DNA of 64,000 nt from assembly GCA_963555755.3 (NCBI GenBank), contig OY820905.2, positions 3,200,001-3,264,000 of the forward strand, read 5' to 3'. The stretch comes from Nitrospirales bacterium (GTDB taxonomy: Bacteria > Nitrospirota > Nitrospiria > Nitrospirales > UBA8639). Each line of letters starts with the position of its first letter. The first letter of the stretch is position 1. The position numbers were made by a program, and so were the translations under genes. Below the pieces are notes generated by a model, which did not search any database, was not told where the DNA came from, and was given only the letters and a program-made list of their open reading frames with translations. Positions 22,515-33,331 of the stretch are shown here, in pieces.

Positions 22515-23858
22515 CCAAAGTATCTTGGCTGGATCCTCTGTTTTGGGGTGGGGCTCTCCCTGTTGGCTCCGATTCCAGCTCGCGCGGGCCATATAGAGAA
22601 TGCGCTCAACGAGTGGCGCATTCTCCGCCCGAACCTCGATGGCAGGGGCATCACACTTGATACCACAAACACCACCCATATCGGGTCTGCCGTCAACCGC
22701 AAGGGGGGGGCCAAGGCTTTGGTTATAGGGGATATAGATCTCCTGCTCACCCTTGATGCTGAAAAGCTGGTGGAGTGGAGAGACGCGACCTTTTATCTCT
22801 ATGGTCTCGGCTTGTACGGTGGCAATATCGCTGAGGGGCGAGATGCCCAGGGCGTCAGTAACATTTCAGCGAGAAATACGTGGAAGCTTTTTGAGGGATG
22901 GTATCAGCAGAACTTGTTTCAGGAACGCCTCTCCTTATTGGCCGGGCTTTACGACGTGACGTCGGAATTCGACGTGATCCGTACGTCCTCTGAGCTGTTC
23001 GTTCATAGTAGCTTCGGCACGAATCCCACGTTTGGGCTCAGCGGAAAAAATGGCCCTTCCACGTTTCCCACCACCTCGTTGGCCTTTCGGGGGCAGGTCA
23101 AACTGACCGAGAGCTTGACCTTCCGGGCCGCGGTTGCTGATGGAGTGCCTGGGAATCCCGACGACCCCGGAGGCACTCAAGTCATTCTTCGCAATGAGGA
23201 TGGAATCTTGGCAACGACTGAGGTGGCGTACTATGTGGGCAAACCGGACTTTCGTAAGAAGGTTCGAAGGGGCACTGCGACTGAACGACCACGCCGTTTA
23301 GTGTTCCGCCGGCTTGGGAGGGGCGCGGAGTTGCAGTACGATGCCAAAATGGCCCTGGGAGGGTGGCTCTACACAACTGAATTTGATGATTTGAGTGACC
23401 TCGATGGCGCTGGGAATCCTGTGAAGCGAGACGGGACATTCGGGGTATACGGCTTGGTGGAGAAGCGTCTCTACGGGGAGCCAGGCGCTCGCGACCAGGG
23501 GCTCTGGGCATTTGGGGAAGTTGCCTTCGCCGATCCGAAGGTGAACCGTTTCTCTCACTATATCGGCGGAGGCCTGGTCTATACAGGTTTGATCTCTGGT
23601 CGGGACAGGGACGAGACTGCCTTCGGCTTTGCCATTGCCCGCAATGGTAGTCACTACAAGGATGGGCAACGCCGCGATGGCAAAGGTGTGAACGACCAGG
23701 AGGTGGCGCTGGAATGGACCCATGCCATACATTATTCACCTGAAATCACCATCCAGCCTGATGTGCAATACATCATTAATCCTAATACCGATCCCCCCCG
23801 CAGCAATGCCTTGGTCTTGCTCATGCGGCTGGAACTTACGCTGAATTGGTTTGAGTGA
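22515..23858 (+). CDS. OprB-family carbohydrate-selective porin, start uncertain
   Basis: AQGVSNI, SLLAGLYD..SEFD, QPDVQYIINP motifs; signal-like segment right after the MITE end. The ORF-track extension to 22134 lies inside IS110. Confidence 0.85.
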   Translation, partial: PKYLGWILCFGVGLSLLAPIPARAGHIENALNEWRILRPNLDGRGITLDTTNTTHIGSAVNRKGGAKALVIGDIDLLLTLDAEKLVEWRDATFYLYGLGLYGGNIAEGRDAQGVSNISARNTWKLFEGWYQQNLFQERLSLLAGLYDVTSEFDVIRTSSELFVHSSFGTNPTFGLSGKNGPSTFPTTSLAFRGQVKLTESLTFRAAVADGVPGNPDDPGGTQVILRNEDGILATTEVAYYVGKPDFRKKVRRGTATERPRRLVFRRLGRGAELQYDAKMALGGWLYTTEFDDLSDLDGAGNPVKRDGTFGVYGLVEKRLYGEPGARDQGLWAFGEVAFADPKVNRFSHYIGGGLVYTGLISGRDRDETAFGFAIARNGSHYKDGQRRDGKGVNDQEVALEWTHAIHYSPEITIQPDVQYIINPNTDPPRSNALVLLMRLELTLNWFE

Positions 23859-24705
23859 GCCGATGTTGAGGTCCAGCTCTGATACTTCTTTGTGGGCATT
23901 CCTGGCACCTTGGTTGTGTTGTTTCTTGATAACCTCCCCAGTTGTTTTCGCCAAGGCCGATGAGATAACAGAACTGGCAAAACAGGTTCAAAATCCCGTC
24001 TCGGATCTAGTGAGAGTAGGGTTTGTAAATAGCACCTTGGGGGGTGCTGGGCAGAACAACTTTACCTCGAACCTATTCGTTCTGCAGGCAGATACCACAA
24101 AAAGATTTGGTAATTGGGCCCTGTTGAACCGGCTCAACATTCCTCTCCTCTATATACCGGCCAGTGGCATTTCACAAGAATCGGGAAGTAGTTTTGGATT
24201 GGGAGACATCGTATATACCGCCTTCTTTGCTCGGGATGAATCAAAGAGATTGCTAAAAGCCATAGCTGGTATCGGTCCCACTTTCGTTTTCAATTCCGCG
24301 TCGGAAGATCGACTCGGTACCGGGAAATGGAGCGTTGGGCCGACTGCGGCCTTAGCCCGGGTGCTGGATGATTGGGTATACGGCGTAACTGTCGGCAACC
24401 TCTGGTCTTTCGCAGGAGATGCTCAGCGCCGCCGGGTCAATCTATTCACGCTTGCACCCTTTATCAACTACAACTTTTTGAATGGCTGGTATCTTACGTC
24501 GACACCTAAGATTGTTGCCGACTGGGAACTTGCCAGTCATAACCGCTGGCTCGTTCCGATTGGAGGAGGAGTTGGTGCTGTGCTATTCCGTGGAGAAAAA
24601 CGTCCTATAAACTTGCAGATTCAAGCTTTCTATTTCATTAAAAAACCAGATCTCGGCCCTGATTGGTCCGTGAATCTAAAAGTGCGAATATTATTTCCTC
24701 AGTAA
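23851..24705 (+). CDS. Putative outer-membrane transporter/beta-barrel
   Basis: LAK..QNPVSDL, GLGDI, LGTGKWSVGP, PFINYN, VPIGGG; paralog of 28462. Confidence 0.75.
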   Translation: MSEPMLRSSSDTSLWAFLAPWLCCFLITSPVVFAKADEITELAKQVQNPVSDLVRVGFVNSTLGGAGQNNFTSNLFVLQADTTKRFGNWALLNRLNIPLLYIPASGISQESGSSFGLGDIVYTAFFARDESKRLLKAIAGIGPTFVFNSASEDRLGTGKWSVGPTAALARVLDDWVYGVTVGNLWSFAGDAQRRRVNLFTLAPFINYNFLNGWYLTSTPKIVADWELASHNRWLVPIGGGVGAVLFRGEKRPINLQIQAFYFIKKPDLGPDWSVNLKVRILFPQ

Positions 24706-24710
24706 TTGAA

Positions 24711-24851
24711 GGGCACCTCTAAAAACCAGGCATTTTTTATGAGGGCAAGGAAGCCGCGCGCGGAAAACCGGAGTGTATGGGCGAATACATGTGGATTTGA
24801 GCACGCGACTGATGCCGCCATCACGGAAAAGGACGGTTTTTAGAGGTGCCC
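24711..24851. mobile_element. GGGCACCTCT-family MITE
   Basis: TIR GGGCACCTCTAAAAACC; 4-bp TSD TGAA. Confidence 0.9.
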
Positions 24852-24855
24852 TGAA

Positions 24856-25150
24856 GACAGAAAGATTGGAGAGGATAAAAGTTTCATTGTCTGGCGCTGG
24901 GCAATACATTGGGATTAGCCAATTGTAGACGACGTAACACTCTTTCACAGGAACCAAGGATTCCCATCAGTGGAAAATAGGAGTGATTTCTCTATCAATT
25001 CCATTCAAGGATTCCGGTTTGGGCTTTGGAAAGGCTTAAACCTCTCGATCCAAATAAATGATAAATACGGTAATACTCCACCTGCAGGGACTGGCTCCTC
25101 AGATATCAAGGGCCTAGTTGCCATCGGCTACGCTTACGAAAATTGAAGAC
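24856..25150 (+). pseudogene. Decayed copy of the 3' end of the DUF481 gene
   Basis: Reverse complement of ~2845-3140, ending ATCGGCTACGCTTACGAAAATTGAAGACT. Confidence 0.8.
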
Positions 25151-25188
25151 TTCCCACCTTTTCAAATTGGCCTACCAATTAGCGTAGA

Positions 25189-25269
25189 CTCAGGGCCGGC
25201 ATTTTCAAACCTGCTGACCTCCACAGTTTACGGCATTCGTTCGCGACTCACCCGCTTTATCTTCCATAA
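25189..25269 (+). pseudogene. Tyrosine recombinase box II remnant
   Basis: Translates LRAGIFKPADLHSLRHSFATHPL. Confidence 0.7.
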
Positions 25270-25279
25270 CCCATAAGGC

Positions 25280-27182
25280 CAGGGCCATTTCATTCTTTTT
25301 ATAAGCAAGTGGTTCCATTAGGTTTTTTTGCTCTCTTTTTCAGGGCAAGGCCATACGGATGGCTACATGCGGCTTGGCCCAGAGCCATCTAAACGCCTGC
25401 GCGATATTGGTGTTGCCTTTCACGCGTAAGAGACTGATGGCATAGCGTCTCAGACAGGTCATGACCATCGGGCCATTGAGCCGTCTGATCTGACTCCGGT
25501 CTTCATCAAAGGTGACATCCAACACATAATGCTGCTTATTCTCCACACTCCAATGGTTCCGGTTTTGCGAGAGGATTTTCTGCGGCGATGCCTTCGCTGG
25601 TGACTGACTCGTGACTCCGCATACGGTATCTACCGTCGTGATGCCCTTCTTGAGATGCGCGACTTCCCTCTCAATGCAGAAGACTTGCTGCACATGGGGA
25701 AAGGTGACAGAGGCATTCAAGGAGTCGTCACACCAGATCCTACGGGTCGTGATCCGCCCATGGCCTTTATCGGTTGTTTCAGTATCACACCGTCGTACTC
25801 GCAACGCCAAGGCCTCAATGTCGCGTTTCAAGGTCGGCTGGTTCCCCTTGACGGTGAAGACGAAGTCGGCCCCGCGTTCTTGCACAAGGTAATTTGCGAT
25901 CTCTTTCTGGGTGAGGAGCGCATCCGCCGTGATGACCTTCCCTTCGATCTCCAGCTCATCGAATAAGGGACGCACGCAGGGGATCTCATTGGTCTTGGTG
26001 TCGACTTTTTTGGGGTGAGGTGGCGCCCCTCGTCATGGGTGACGGCACTGAGGACATGGGTCTGTTCGCTCGGGACCTTCGAAGTCCCCCGCATGGTCTT
26101 GCCATCAATGGCGATGCCCTGATCCTCCCCGCCGAAGGTATCCAGCCACCGGCCGAGCAGGGTATCGACTTCACAGGGGTCGACGGCATTGATAAACCGG
26201 TAGAGAGTGCTGCGGCTTGGGACGAGGTAGCGCCCTCCTCGCTTGGGACAGCCCAGCCGCGTTCTCATCGTCTGGGATAAATGCTGGGCCCAGTCCGCTA
26301 TGGCTTCATACCCACGTGCTCCACACAAGGTGGCACAGAACATGATCGCGGTGAGAGCTCGTCGGGGATGCCGTTGCCCTTGCAACTTGCGTGGATCGGT
26401 CAGCTGCACCACATAGGTAAACAGGGAGTCCGTCTGCTTGGTATTCAATCGCATCTGAGGCACCTTTCCTTTCTGATAGGTCGGATCAAGCATCGGGCGT
26501 GCAAGAATCTCTCGGGCTTGGGGATGGAGGCTCTTGACCAGGATGCGTTTCGGGCGGTCATGCTGAACATACCGCGTATTGGACTTGCGAAACCCGCGTG
26601 TCAGCCCGAGCTCCTGCCACCCGGCGGCTCGATAGCAGGTCCCGGTGAAGCGGGCAGGATCGACGAAGGTCTCTAAGAGGAGCAAGGGGTAGCCGTGGCA
26701 CAGGTGCCAATCGGCCGCGATCCGTTTCGCGCAGAGCGACAGGACTTTCGAGGCGAGGTTTTGTTGCGAACAGTCCGGCAGGATGAGAAACCGGGTGTTG
26801 TTGGCAAGTAAATGGAGGCGTTGCCATTGGAAACAGGGGGGCCAGCCGATCCAGTGGTCTCGCGCTCTCGATTTGAGGGCCGCCACCGCAAACACCCGCA
26901 AGGCCAGCCAGCGATCCTGCACACAGGCGAGATATTGGATCGATGGGCCAATCAACGGGGCAGGCCCGAGGTAGTGATGTCGGGCGAGAAGGGTCGTGAA
27001 GGCTTCCTTCTCGTCCGGGACAATCGGTCGAACTACGACTTGCCCAAGATCGATGGCCGGATGTCCGCTTGGCGATTCGTCTGGCATGAAAAAGAGTATG
27101 CCCCAAACGAAAAGAAAAAGCCAGCCTAAATCGATTATCCCTTATTATCTATGAAGTTGCACTTTAAAATGAAATAGTCCTG
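25280..27182 (-). mobile_element. ISAs1-family insertion sequence
   Basis: TIRs CAGGGCCATTTCATT / CAGGACTATTTCATT; 10-bp TSD CCCATAAGG(C/G). Confidence 0.9.
25340..27087 (-). CDS. ISAs1 transposase with N-terminal DUF4338-like domain; -1 frameshift near 26005-26011
   Basis: HHYLG, NNTRFLIL, LETFVDP..GTCYRAAGW; DPR..G.RH; AIDGKT.RG; after the shift TNEIP, TADAL, VKGNQP and HWSVEN. Confidence 0.88.
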
Positions 27183-27327
27183 CCCATAAGGGTCCCACAT
27201 CACCAGGATCTTCCCCATCTAAGCAGGCTGCCCCAATCCACGCAGACGGCCTGATTTCCTCCCGTGAGCCGATGTATTTCGGTTCGGCCCCTGAGCCGAC
27301 AGTCCTCCAACATACCTAAAACGCGAT

Positions 27328-27420
27328 GTCGTGAAGTCCCGCTTAGCCTCAGATCTTATTCATGCGATGCATGAGGCCCTATCCAATCGCTCCTTTGTCT
27401 CGTCCTTTCAGTCAACTGAA
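27328..27420 (+). pseudogene. Response-regulator receiver-domain C-terminal remnant
   Basis: Translates VVKSRLASDLIHAMHEALSNRSFVS. Confidence 0.5.
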
Positions 27421-27773
27421 AGGAAAGGGTCAGTGCATACTTCCCCTTTAAGTCCCCCCTTCAATCTCTTGACCGTTTTTCTCACCTTGGCCACGATTGG
27501 ACCTAACCAGGTGTACAGGTCTAACCTGTCAGTTTTACCAGTTATGCCGGTAGCCAGTTTCAGAGTATAAACATATCTTTATCATCGGGTACTTATGACA
27601 TTTCAGATGAGGTCCCCCTTTGGAAAATCCCCCCACCCCCCCTTTGTCAAAGGGGGGCAAGGGGGGATTTTCTGGCCGTTGGGGCACCGAGCAACAACCT
27701 GCCTGTGTGAAGCCGCTCCAGCGAAGGCAGGGAATCCCGCTGGCAATCCCTTCGGCGATACTGGAGGTATCCC

Positions 27774-28409
27774 ATGTTTTCAAAGAAACTCTTCCTTATC
27801 TTAATATTAATCATATTAACTATGACCCTGACCGCTTGCTCCTCCACGACCATGAAATCGACATGGAAGGATCCCGATTCTCAACCTCTTCATTTCCAAA
27901 AAGGGGACACCGTGATTGCACTGGTAATGAGCCCCAATGAAGGTGTACGACGCCACGCCGAATTCGCTCTCGCCAAGGAATTAACCAGTCGTGGAATCAT
28001 CAAGGGTGTTCCCGCGTACACGATTATTCCCACCGAAGATCTTCGAAACGAAACACAAGCTAAAGCCCATATTGAGGAATCCGGTGCATCCGGTGTGGTG
28101 GTCATGCGGGTAGTAGAGAAGTCCCAAAAGGTGACAGCCACACAACCGGTCTACACCGGTCCTCGATATCGTTCTTTCTACGGAGGGTATTATGGAGCAG
28201 GGTGGGGTGCTGCATACAGTCCAGGATATCTACGAAAGGATACCATCTATTCCATTGAGACTCTGGTCTATGATCTCAAACAGGGAAAGCTTGTGTGGGC
28301 CGGACAAAGTGATACCTACAATCCTTCCAAAGTCGAAACGGTGATCAAGGAAATTATCGACGAAGTGGTGAAAGAAATGGTCAAGCAAGGGCTGATCAAT
28401 AAACCCTAA
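27774..28409 (+). CDS. Lipoprotein, DUF4136-like
   Basis: GGAGG RBS; lipobox LTAC; ETLVYDL..KLVWAG motif. Confidence 0.75.
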   Translation: MFSKKLFLILILIILTMTLTACSSTTMKSTWKDPDSQPLHFQKGDTVIALVMSPNEGVRRHAEFALAKELTSRGIIKGVPAYTIIPTEDLRNETQAKAHIEESGASGVVVMRVVEKSQKVTATQPVYTGPRYRSFYGGYYGAGWGAAYSPGYLRKDTIYSIETLVYDLKQGKLVWAGQSDTYNPSKVETVIKEIIDEVVKEMVKQGLINKP

Positions 28410-28461
28410 CGTGTTCCTATTGGGTTTTTGAGGATTATTGAGTCATTGACTTGAAAGGGAA

Positions 28462-29307
28462 ATGATAATGCTGGTGTCTGTAAAAAGATTATTTCCGTGG
28501 ATCGGGATACTCGGCCTGTTGCTGGCCAGTAACCCTATTGCCCAAGCTGCTGATGAAGATCAACTGCGCAAAGCCGCGCAGAACCCTATCGCCGATCTTA
28601 TCAGCCTGCCCTTTCAAAACAATACCTTCTTTGGGATTGGGCCAAACGACGATACGGTCAATGTCCTCAATATCCAACCCGTCATTCCATTCCATCTTAA
28701 CTCAGAGTGGAACCTGGTTACCCGTACAATCGTTCCTCTCCTGTATGTGCCTGATCTTGTGAGCGGGTTGCCAGAGCTGCCGGCCGGCATCACCGGGGGT
28801 GATACATTCGGGCTGGGAGATATCAACACCACCCTGTTCTTTTCTCCGGCAAAACCAGGCATGGCGATCTGGGGTGTGGGGCCTTCACTGACCTTGCCCA
28901 CGGCCACGGACGAATTGCTGGGGACACGCAAGTGGAGTGCTGGTCCGTCAGGGGTCATCCTGTTCATGTCCAAACCCTGGGTGTACGGAGCGCTTGCACG
29001 GCAACTGGTGTCGTTTGCTGGGAATGACGATCGCAAGGATGTGAGCCAACTTCTGGTGCAACCCTTTGTCAACTATAATCTCCCGGGCGGTTGGTATCTG
29101 GTCAGCTCCCCGGTCATTACCGCCAATTGGGAAGCAGCCGGGGGGCAAAAATGGAACGTGCCCATTGGTGGCGGGTTCGGCCGCCTCATGAGAATCGGCA
29201 AACTTCCTGTCAACACCTCAGCCCAGGCGTTCTACCATGTGGAACACCCGACGAATGGCGCTGATTGGGCGTTTCGTTTCCAGGTTCAATTTTTGTTTCC
29301 CAAATAA
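28462..29307 (+). CDS. Putative outer-membrane transporter/beta-barrel
   Basis: QNPIADLISLPFQNN, NIQPVIP, GLGDI, QPFVNYN, C-terminal FLFPK. Confidence 0.8.
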   Translation: MIMLVSVKRLFPWIGILGLLLASNPIAQAADEDQLRKAAQNPIADLISLPFQNNTFFGIGPNDDTVNVLNIQPVIPFHLNSEWNLVTRTIVPLLYVPDLVSGLPELPAGITGGDTFGLGDINTTLFFSPAKPGMAIWGVGPSLTLPTATDELLGTRKWSAGPSGVILFMSKPWVYGALARQLVSFAGNDDRKDVSQLLVQPFVNYNLPGGWYLVSSPVITANWEAAGGQKWNVPIGGGFGRLMRIGKLPVNTSAQAFYHVEHPTNGADWAFRFQVQFLFPK

Positions 29308-29497
29308 AATAAAGGAGCAGATCCGACATGACATCGTTTCACGCCACAGACACGTCTGACCCACATACAAATAACCAAATATCGAAAGGAAAATCCCCCC
29401 AACCCCCCTTTTTCAAAGGGGGAGATGAGAGGGAAGTTTCACAACAAGCCCCTATACGATTACGCGAAAATCCTTATATCTCAACTAAGGAAAAGAA

Positions 29498-31186
29498 ATG
29501 ATGAGAAGACGAACAGGTATTCTGGTGGCACCTCTTTTGTCGTTGTCCCTTTTCCTTGTGATCTCCGGGACATCATGGGGGGAAGGAAACGACGCCGCAC
29601 AACCTAAACTCGTTCTGCAAATCACGGTTGATCAGTTTCGAGGGGATTTACCAACGAGGCATGTGGATCGTCTCGGCAAAGGAGGTCTTCGGTATCTTTT
29701 AGAAAAAGGCACTCATTATGCGAACGCGCATTATCGGCATGCCAATACGGAAACGGCCGTGGGTCATGCCACACTTTTTACCGGAGCTGACCCTTCAAGA
29801 CATGGATTAGTCGGCAATGCGTGGATTGATCCGTTGACCGGCGAATCTGTGTATAACACGGAAGATGCCCGCCATCATCTCATCGGGAAAGATCCAAAAC
29901 CGCACGAGGGTGTCTCCCCGCGCAATCTCCTGGCCAGTACGATTGGTGATGAGCTGGTGGTCTCCAATGCCGGTCAATCGCGCGTGTTCAGTGTCTCGAT
30001 CAAAGATCGGGGTGCCATCATTCCTGGTGGGCATGCGGGTAAAGCCTTTTGGTATTCCAAACGCACAGGAGAATTTGTCACCAGTACGTATTATTACGAT
30101 GCGTATCCCCAATGGGTGAAGCAATGGAATCAAGCAAAGCCGGCGGATCGCTATAGAGGAAAGACATGGGAGTTGCTCCATGACCGCTCCACCTACGTGG
30201 CAGGAAAAATGGATGATCGTCCGTATGAAGCGAACTTCCCACCGTTGGGGAGAACCTTCCCTCATCAATTCGGGGACAACAAATACCTCTACTTGATTCT
30301 TTCATTGACTCCGGTTGGTGATGAATTGACGCTCGATTTTACCAAGACCCTTATTGAACATGAAAACCTCGGTCAAGGCGATCATGTTGATTTCCTGGCG
30401 GTCAGTTTTTCTTCGACCGATTATATCGGTCACATGTTCGGCCCATCGAGTCTTGAGAGTGAAGACAATGTTTTACGGCTTGACCGCATCTTAGCGGAGC
30501 TATTTGACTTTGTTGATAAAAAAGTTGGTTTGCAAAACACCCTTATTGTCCTCTCGGCCGATCACGGGGCACCGGAAGCGCCGGAATATATGACGAGTCT
30601 CGGGATGGAGGCCGGACGCTTCGACCTTACGTATTTCAGGGAGCAAGGGCCGTTAAACAAAGTATTAAAAACGCGTTTTGGGCGTGATGATTTGATTGCC
30701 ACGCATAGCCATCCGTATCTCTATCTGAATGTGGACGCTATTACTGAAGCGAAACTTGATATCGAAGAGGTAGAAAAATTTATCGCAGAGGAAGTCATGA
30801 AAATCCCGGGGATTGCGTACGCGCAGACACGGAGCGACCTGCTCGCGGGACGGATAGCGAATTCTCCTTTGCAAATCCAGATTCGACGCAACTTTCATCC
30901 CACGCGTTCCGGGCATATCCACATGATTCAGGAGCAATATTGGTTTTTACATTCCACGGATGAGGCGGCAAAGATGGGGATTGGAACGATTGCGGTAATC
31001 CACGGATCGCCATGGGCGTATGATACCTATGTCCCGATATTTTTTGCCGGCCACCATGTGCCTGCCCAAACGATTACCCGGCGAGTGGCACCCAGCGATA
31101 TTGCTCCCACGCTTGCAGCATATTTGAACATTAAATTTCCATCCGGATCCATCGGGAACCCGCTAAAAGAAATTTTAGAAAAATGA
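29498..31186 (+). CDS. PafA-like alkaline phosphatase superfamily protein
   Basis: ITVDQFRGD, Thr nucleophile motif TETAVGHAT, D.IGH.FGP, SADHG, HGSPW.YD. Confidence 0.92.
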   Translation: MMRRRTGILVAPLLSLSLFLVISGTSWGEGNDAAQPKLVLQITVDQFRGDLPTRHVDRLGKGGLRYLLEKGTHYANAHYRHANTETAVGHATLFTGADPSRHGLVGNAWIDPLTGESVYNTEDARHHLIGKDPKPHEGVSPRNLLASTIGDELVVSNAGQSRVFSVSIKDRGAIIPGGHAGKAFWYSKRTGEFVTSTYYYDAYPQWVKQWNQAKPADRYRGKTWELLHDRSTYVAGKMDDRPYEANFPPLGRTFPHQFGDNKYLYLILSLTPVGDELTLDFTKTLIEHENLGQGDHVDFLAVSFSSTDYIGHMFGPSSLESEDNVLRLDRILAELFDFVDKKVGLQNTLIVLSADHGAPEAPEYMTSLGMEAGRFDLTYFREQGPLNKVLKTRFGRDDLIATHSHPYLYLNVDAITEAKLDIEEVEKFIAEEVMKIPGIAYAQTRSDLLAGRIANSPLQIQIRRNFHPTRSGHIHMIQEQYWFLHSTDEAAKMGIGTIAVIHGSPWAYDTYVPIFFAGHHVPAQTITRRVAPSDIAPTLAAYLNIKFPSGSIGNPLKEILEK

Positions 31187-31264
31187 TAAGTGAAAAATGA
31201 TAAGTGAAAAATGAACAAAAGAGAGCCCATTTTTCACTTTTCATTGTTCATTTTTCACTTATTC
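31178..31264. repeat. Heptamer-repeat hairpin A
   Basis: AAATGAA-like units followed by their reverse complement; contains the stops of both convergent genes. Confidence 0.9.
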
Positions 31265-32413
31265 CCCCAGCTCTTTGAATAATTTGGTTGGATGAAGGAC
31301 TCGCGCAAAGGATAGTTTTAACGGCTGTTTGACCGGCGCAACGATAAAACAGGGGACCTCCGGATGGCTTTCATGGAACGATCGTAAACCAGACAAATCG
31401 CTTGAGGAAGGATTTGCAGAAATCTTGCATTCTATCGCGTAGAGAATTTCTGTCCCGCGGCTGATTAACAAGTCGACTTCAGCCCCATGGCTTGTCCGCC
31501 AGAAGGAGAGTTTCCAGTCTCTTTGATAGTATTCGTTATGTCGGATAACTTCTTGTATGAACCATTGTTCATAGAGACGTCCTTGTTCGATACGACTTGG
31601 CGGGTCTTTCAGTGTTCCTAAAATGGCTCGGGTCACACCATTATCGAAAAAATAAAATTTTGGCTGATGACTCATGCGTTTTCGTTGGCTTTTCAAATAG
31701 GGGTACAGGAAGGTTCCCAGTAACGTATCTTCAAAAATAGAATAATATTCACGGACTGTTGAAAGTGCTATTTGGCAATCACGAGCGATACCGGAAAAAT
31801 TTATCTGTTCTGCATATTGTGCGGCGGCAACATCTAAAAAGTTCTGAAAACCTTGAAGGTTTCGCACCAGAGCTTCCGCTTTCACCTCCTCTTTGAGGTA
31901 GGTGATCACGTAAGCTCTTAAGAGATCTTCTGCTTCCGCTGGTTTTCTTTGATTGAGGGTAGTGTAGATTTTAGGGAGCGAACCATATGCGAGTATCCAT
32001 TGCAGATTAAAGGTCTTAGACAATTCCTCGAATGTCAAAGGATGCATGGTGCGGTATAACGCTCTTCCTCCAAGTAGATTTGCTGCGCCGTGCCGAAGTT
32101 TTCGGGCAGAGGAGCCGCATAGAATAAATGTGAGTTTCGGCTTCTGTTCCATCAGTGAGTGGATGACATCAAGAATTTTGGGGACACGCTGTACTTCATC
32201 AATAAATATTGTCGAGGATTCTTTGAGTTCTTCGACCTGTTCCCTTAGCAGGTTAGGATTTTTTGTGTACGAGAGTTGGAGCTCAGGATCGAGCAGGTCG
32301 ATTGTCAAATTCGCGTTCTCCTTTTTTAAAAGCGTGCTTTTCCCAACCTGGCGTGGGCCAAACAGAAAGAAGCTCTTTTTGGGCAATTGATTCTCCAAAG
32401 TTCTTGAATACAT
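31259..32413 (-). CDS. AAA+ ATPase with DUF4143 domain
   Basis: GPRQVGKST, FIDEVQ, GSS, LLGGR, PKFYFFD.G, EVDL..IECK. Confidence 0.92.
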   Translation of the reverse strand: MYSRTLENQLPKKSFFLFGPRQVGKSTLLKKENANLTIDLLDPELQLSYTKNPNLLREQVEELKESSTIFIDEVQRVPKILDVIHSLMEQKPKLTFILCGSSARKLRHGAANLLGGRALYRTMHPLTFEELSKTFNLQWILAYGSLPKIYTTLNQRKPAEAEDLLRAYVITYLKEEVKAEALVRNLQGFQNFLDVAAAQYAEQINFSGIARDCQIALSTVREYYSIFEDTLLGTFLYPYLKSQRKRMSHQPKFYFFDNGVTRAILGTLKDPPSRIEQGRLYEQWFIQEVIRHNEYYQRDWKLSFWRTSHGAEVDLLISRGTEILYAIECKISANPSSSDLSGLRSFHESHPEVPCFIVAPVKQPLKLSFARVLHPTKLFKELGE

Positions 32414-32452
32414 AATTGTTAATATACCGTGCAAATTAACATGATATCAAGC

Positions 32453-32600
32453 AAAATGAAGGGAAAGGAAAAATGAACAATGGTAAATGAAAAGTGAAAA
32501 ATGGAAATAAAAATTTTGGACACCCAATTTTTCATTTATCATTTTTAATTTCCCTCCATCATTTTTCATTTTTCACTTTTCATTATTCATTTATCACTTA
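32453..32600. repeat. Heptamer-repeat hairpin B
   Basis: Purine-rich arm, AAAATTTTGG loop, pyrimidine-rich arm ending just before the RBS of 32618. Confidence 0.88.
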
Positions 32601-32617
32601 GTTCAGGAGGTTTCGTC

Positions 32618-33331
32618 ATGAAGTCGTTAACGCGTATCGTATTATGTATGTTTGTCCTAGCGGTGGCAGTCGGATGCGCCTCAACCAAGGTCACCAAGCG
32701 CGACTCGAAGATCGGCACGGAAAAGATTGCTCGGCCCGATCGTATTTATGTGTATCCCTTTGCGGCCACACCTGCCGACATCCCAACCTGGTCCGTTTCC
32801 GCAGGCCGGTATGCTGAAAGCACCACACCACAAACGCCAGAGCAAAGCGAGATGGGTCGAAACCTGGGCGTCCTCGTGGCGAAGGCATTGGTCACGGAAA
32901 TTCAGAAGATGGGACTTCCAGGATTAAGGGGTGCCAGCTACACCGTTCCGCGAATCAACAACATTATGATCATAGGGTATTTTGAAGCGGTCGAAGAAGG
33001 CAGTACGGTCAAACGCCTCTCACTTGGTTTCGGTTCCGGGGCCACAGAGTTAACGACAGCCGTGGAGGGCTACCAAATGACCCCTGAGGGCCCGCGCCTT
33101 CTTGGATCGGCCGAGCTCCAATCCGGCGGAGGAAAAACGCCTGGTTTGATTGTTCCTATTGCGGTACTCGCCGCCACCGCTAATCCGATCGGGCTTCTTG
33201 TTATGGGAGCGATGAAAGTGCGTGGTGAGATGACAGGAAGCAGTAAGCTCGAAGGTGCAGCCAAACGAACGGCCGAGGCCATTGCTGATCGGCTACGGGT
33301 ACGATTCAAGGAACAGGGGTGGATTCGGTAA
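32618..33331 (+). CDS. DUF4410-family lipoprotein
   Basis: AGGAGG RBS; lipobox AVGC; EEGS..R..LGFGSG and GGKTPG. Confidence 0.8.
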   Translation: MKSLTRIVLCMFVLAVAVGCASTKVTKRDSKIGTEKIARPDRIYVYPFAATPADIPTWSVSAGRYAESTTPQTPEQSEMGRNLGVLVAKALVTEIQKMGLPGLRGASYTVPRINNIMIIGYFEAVEEGSTVKRLSLGFGSGATELTTAVEGYQMTPEGPRLLGSAELQSGGGKTPGLIVPIAVLAATANPIGLLVMGAMKVRGEMTGSSKLEGAAKRTAEAIADRLRVRFKEQGWIR

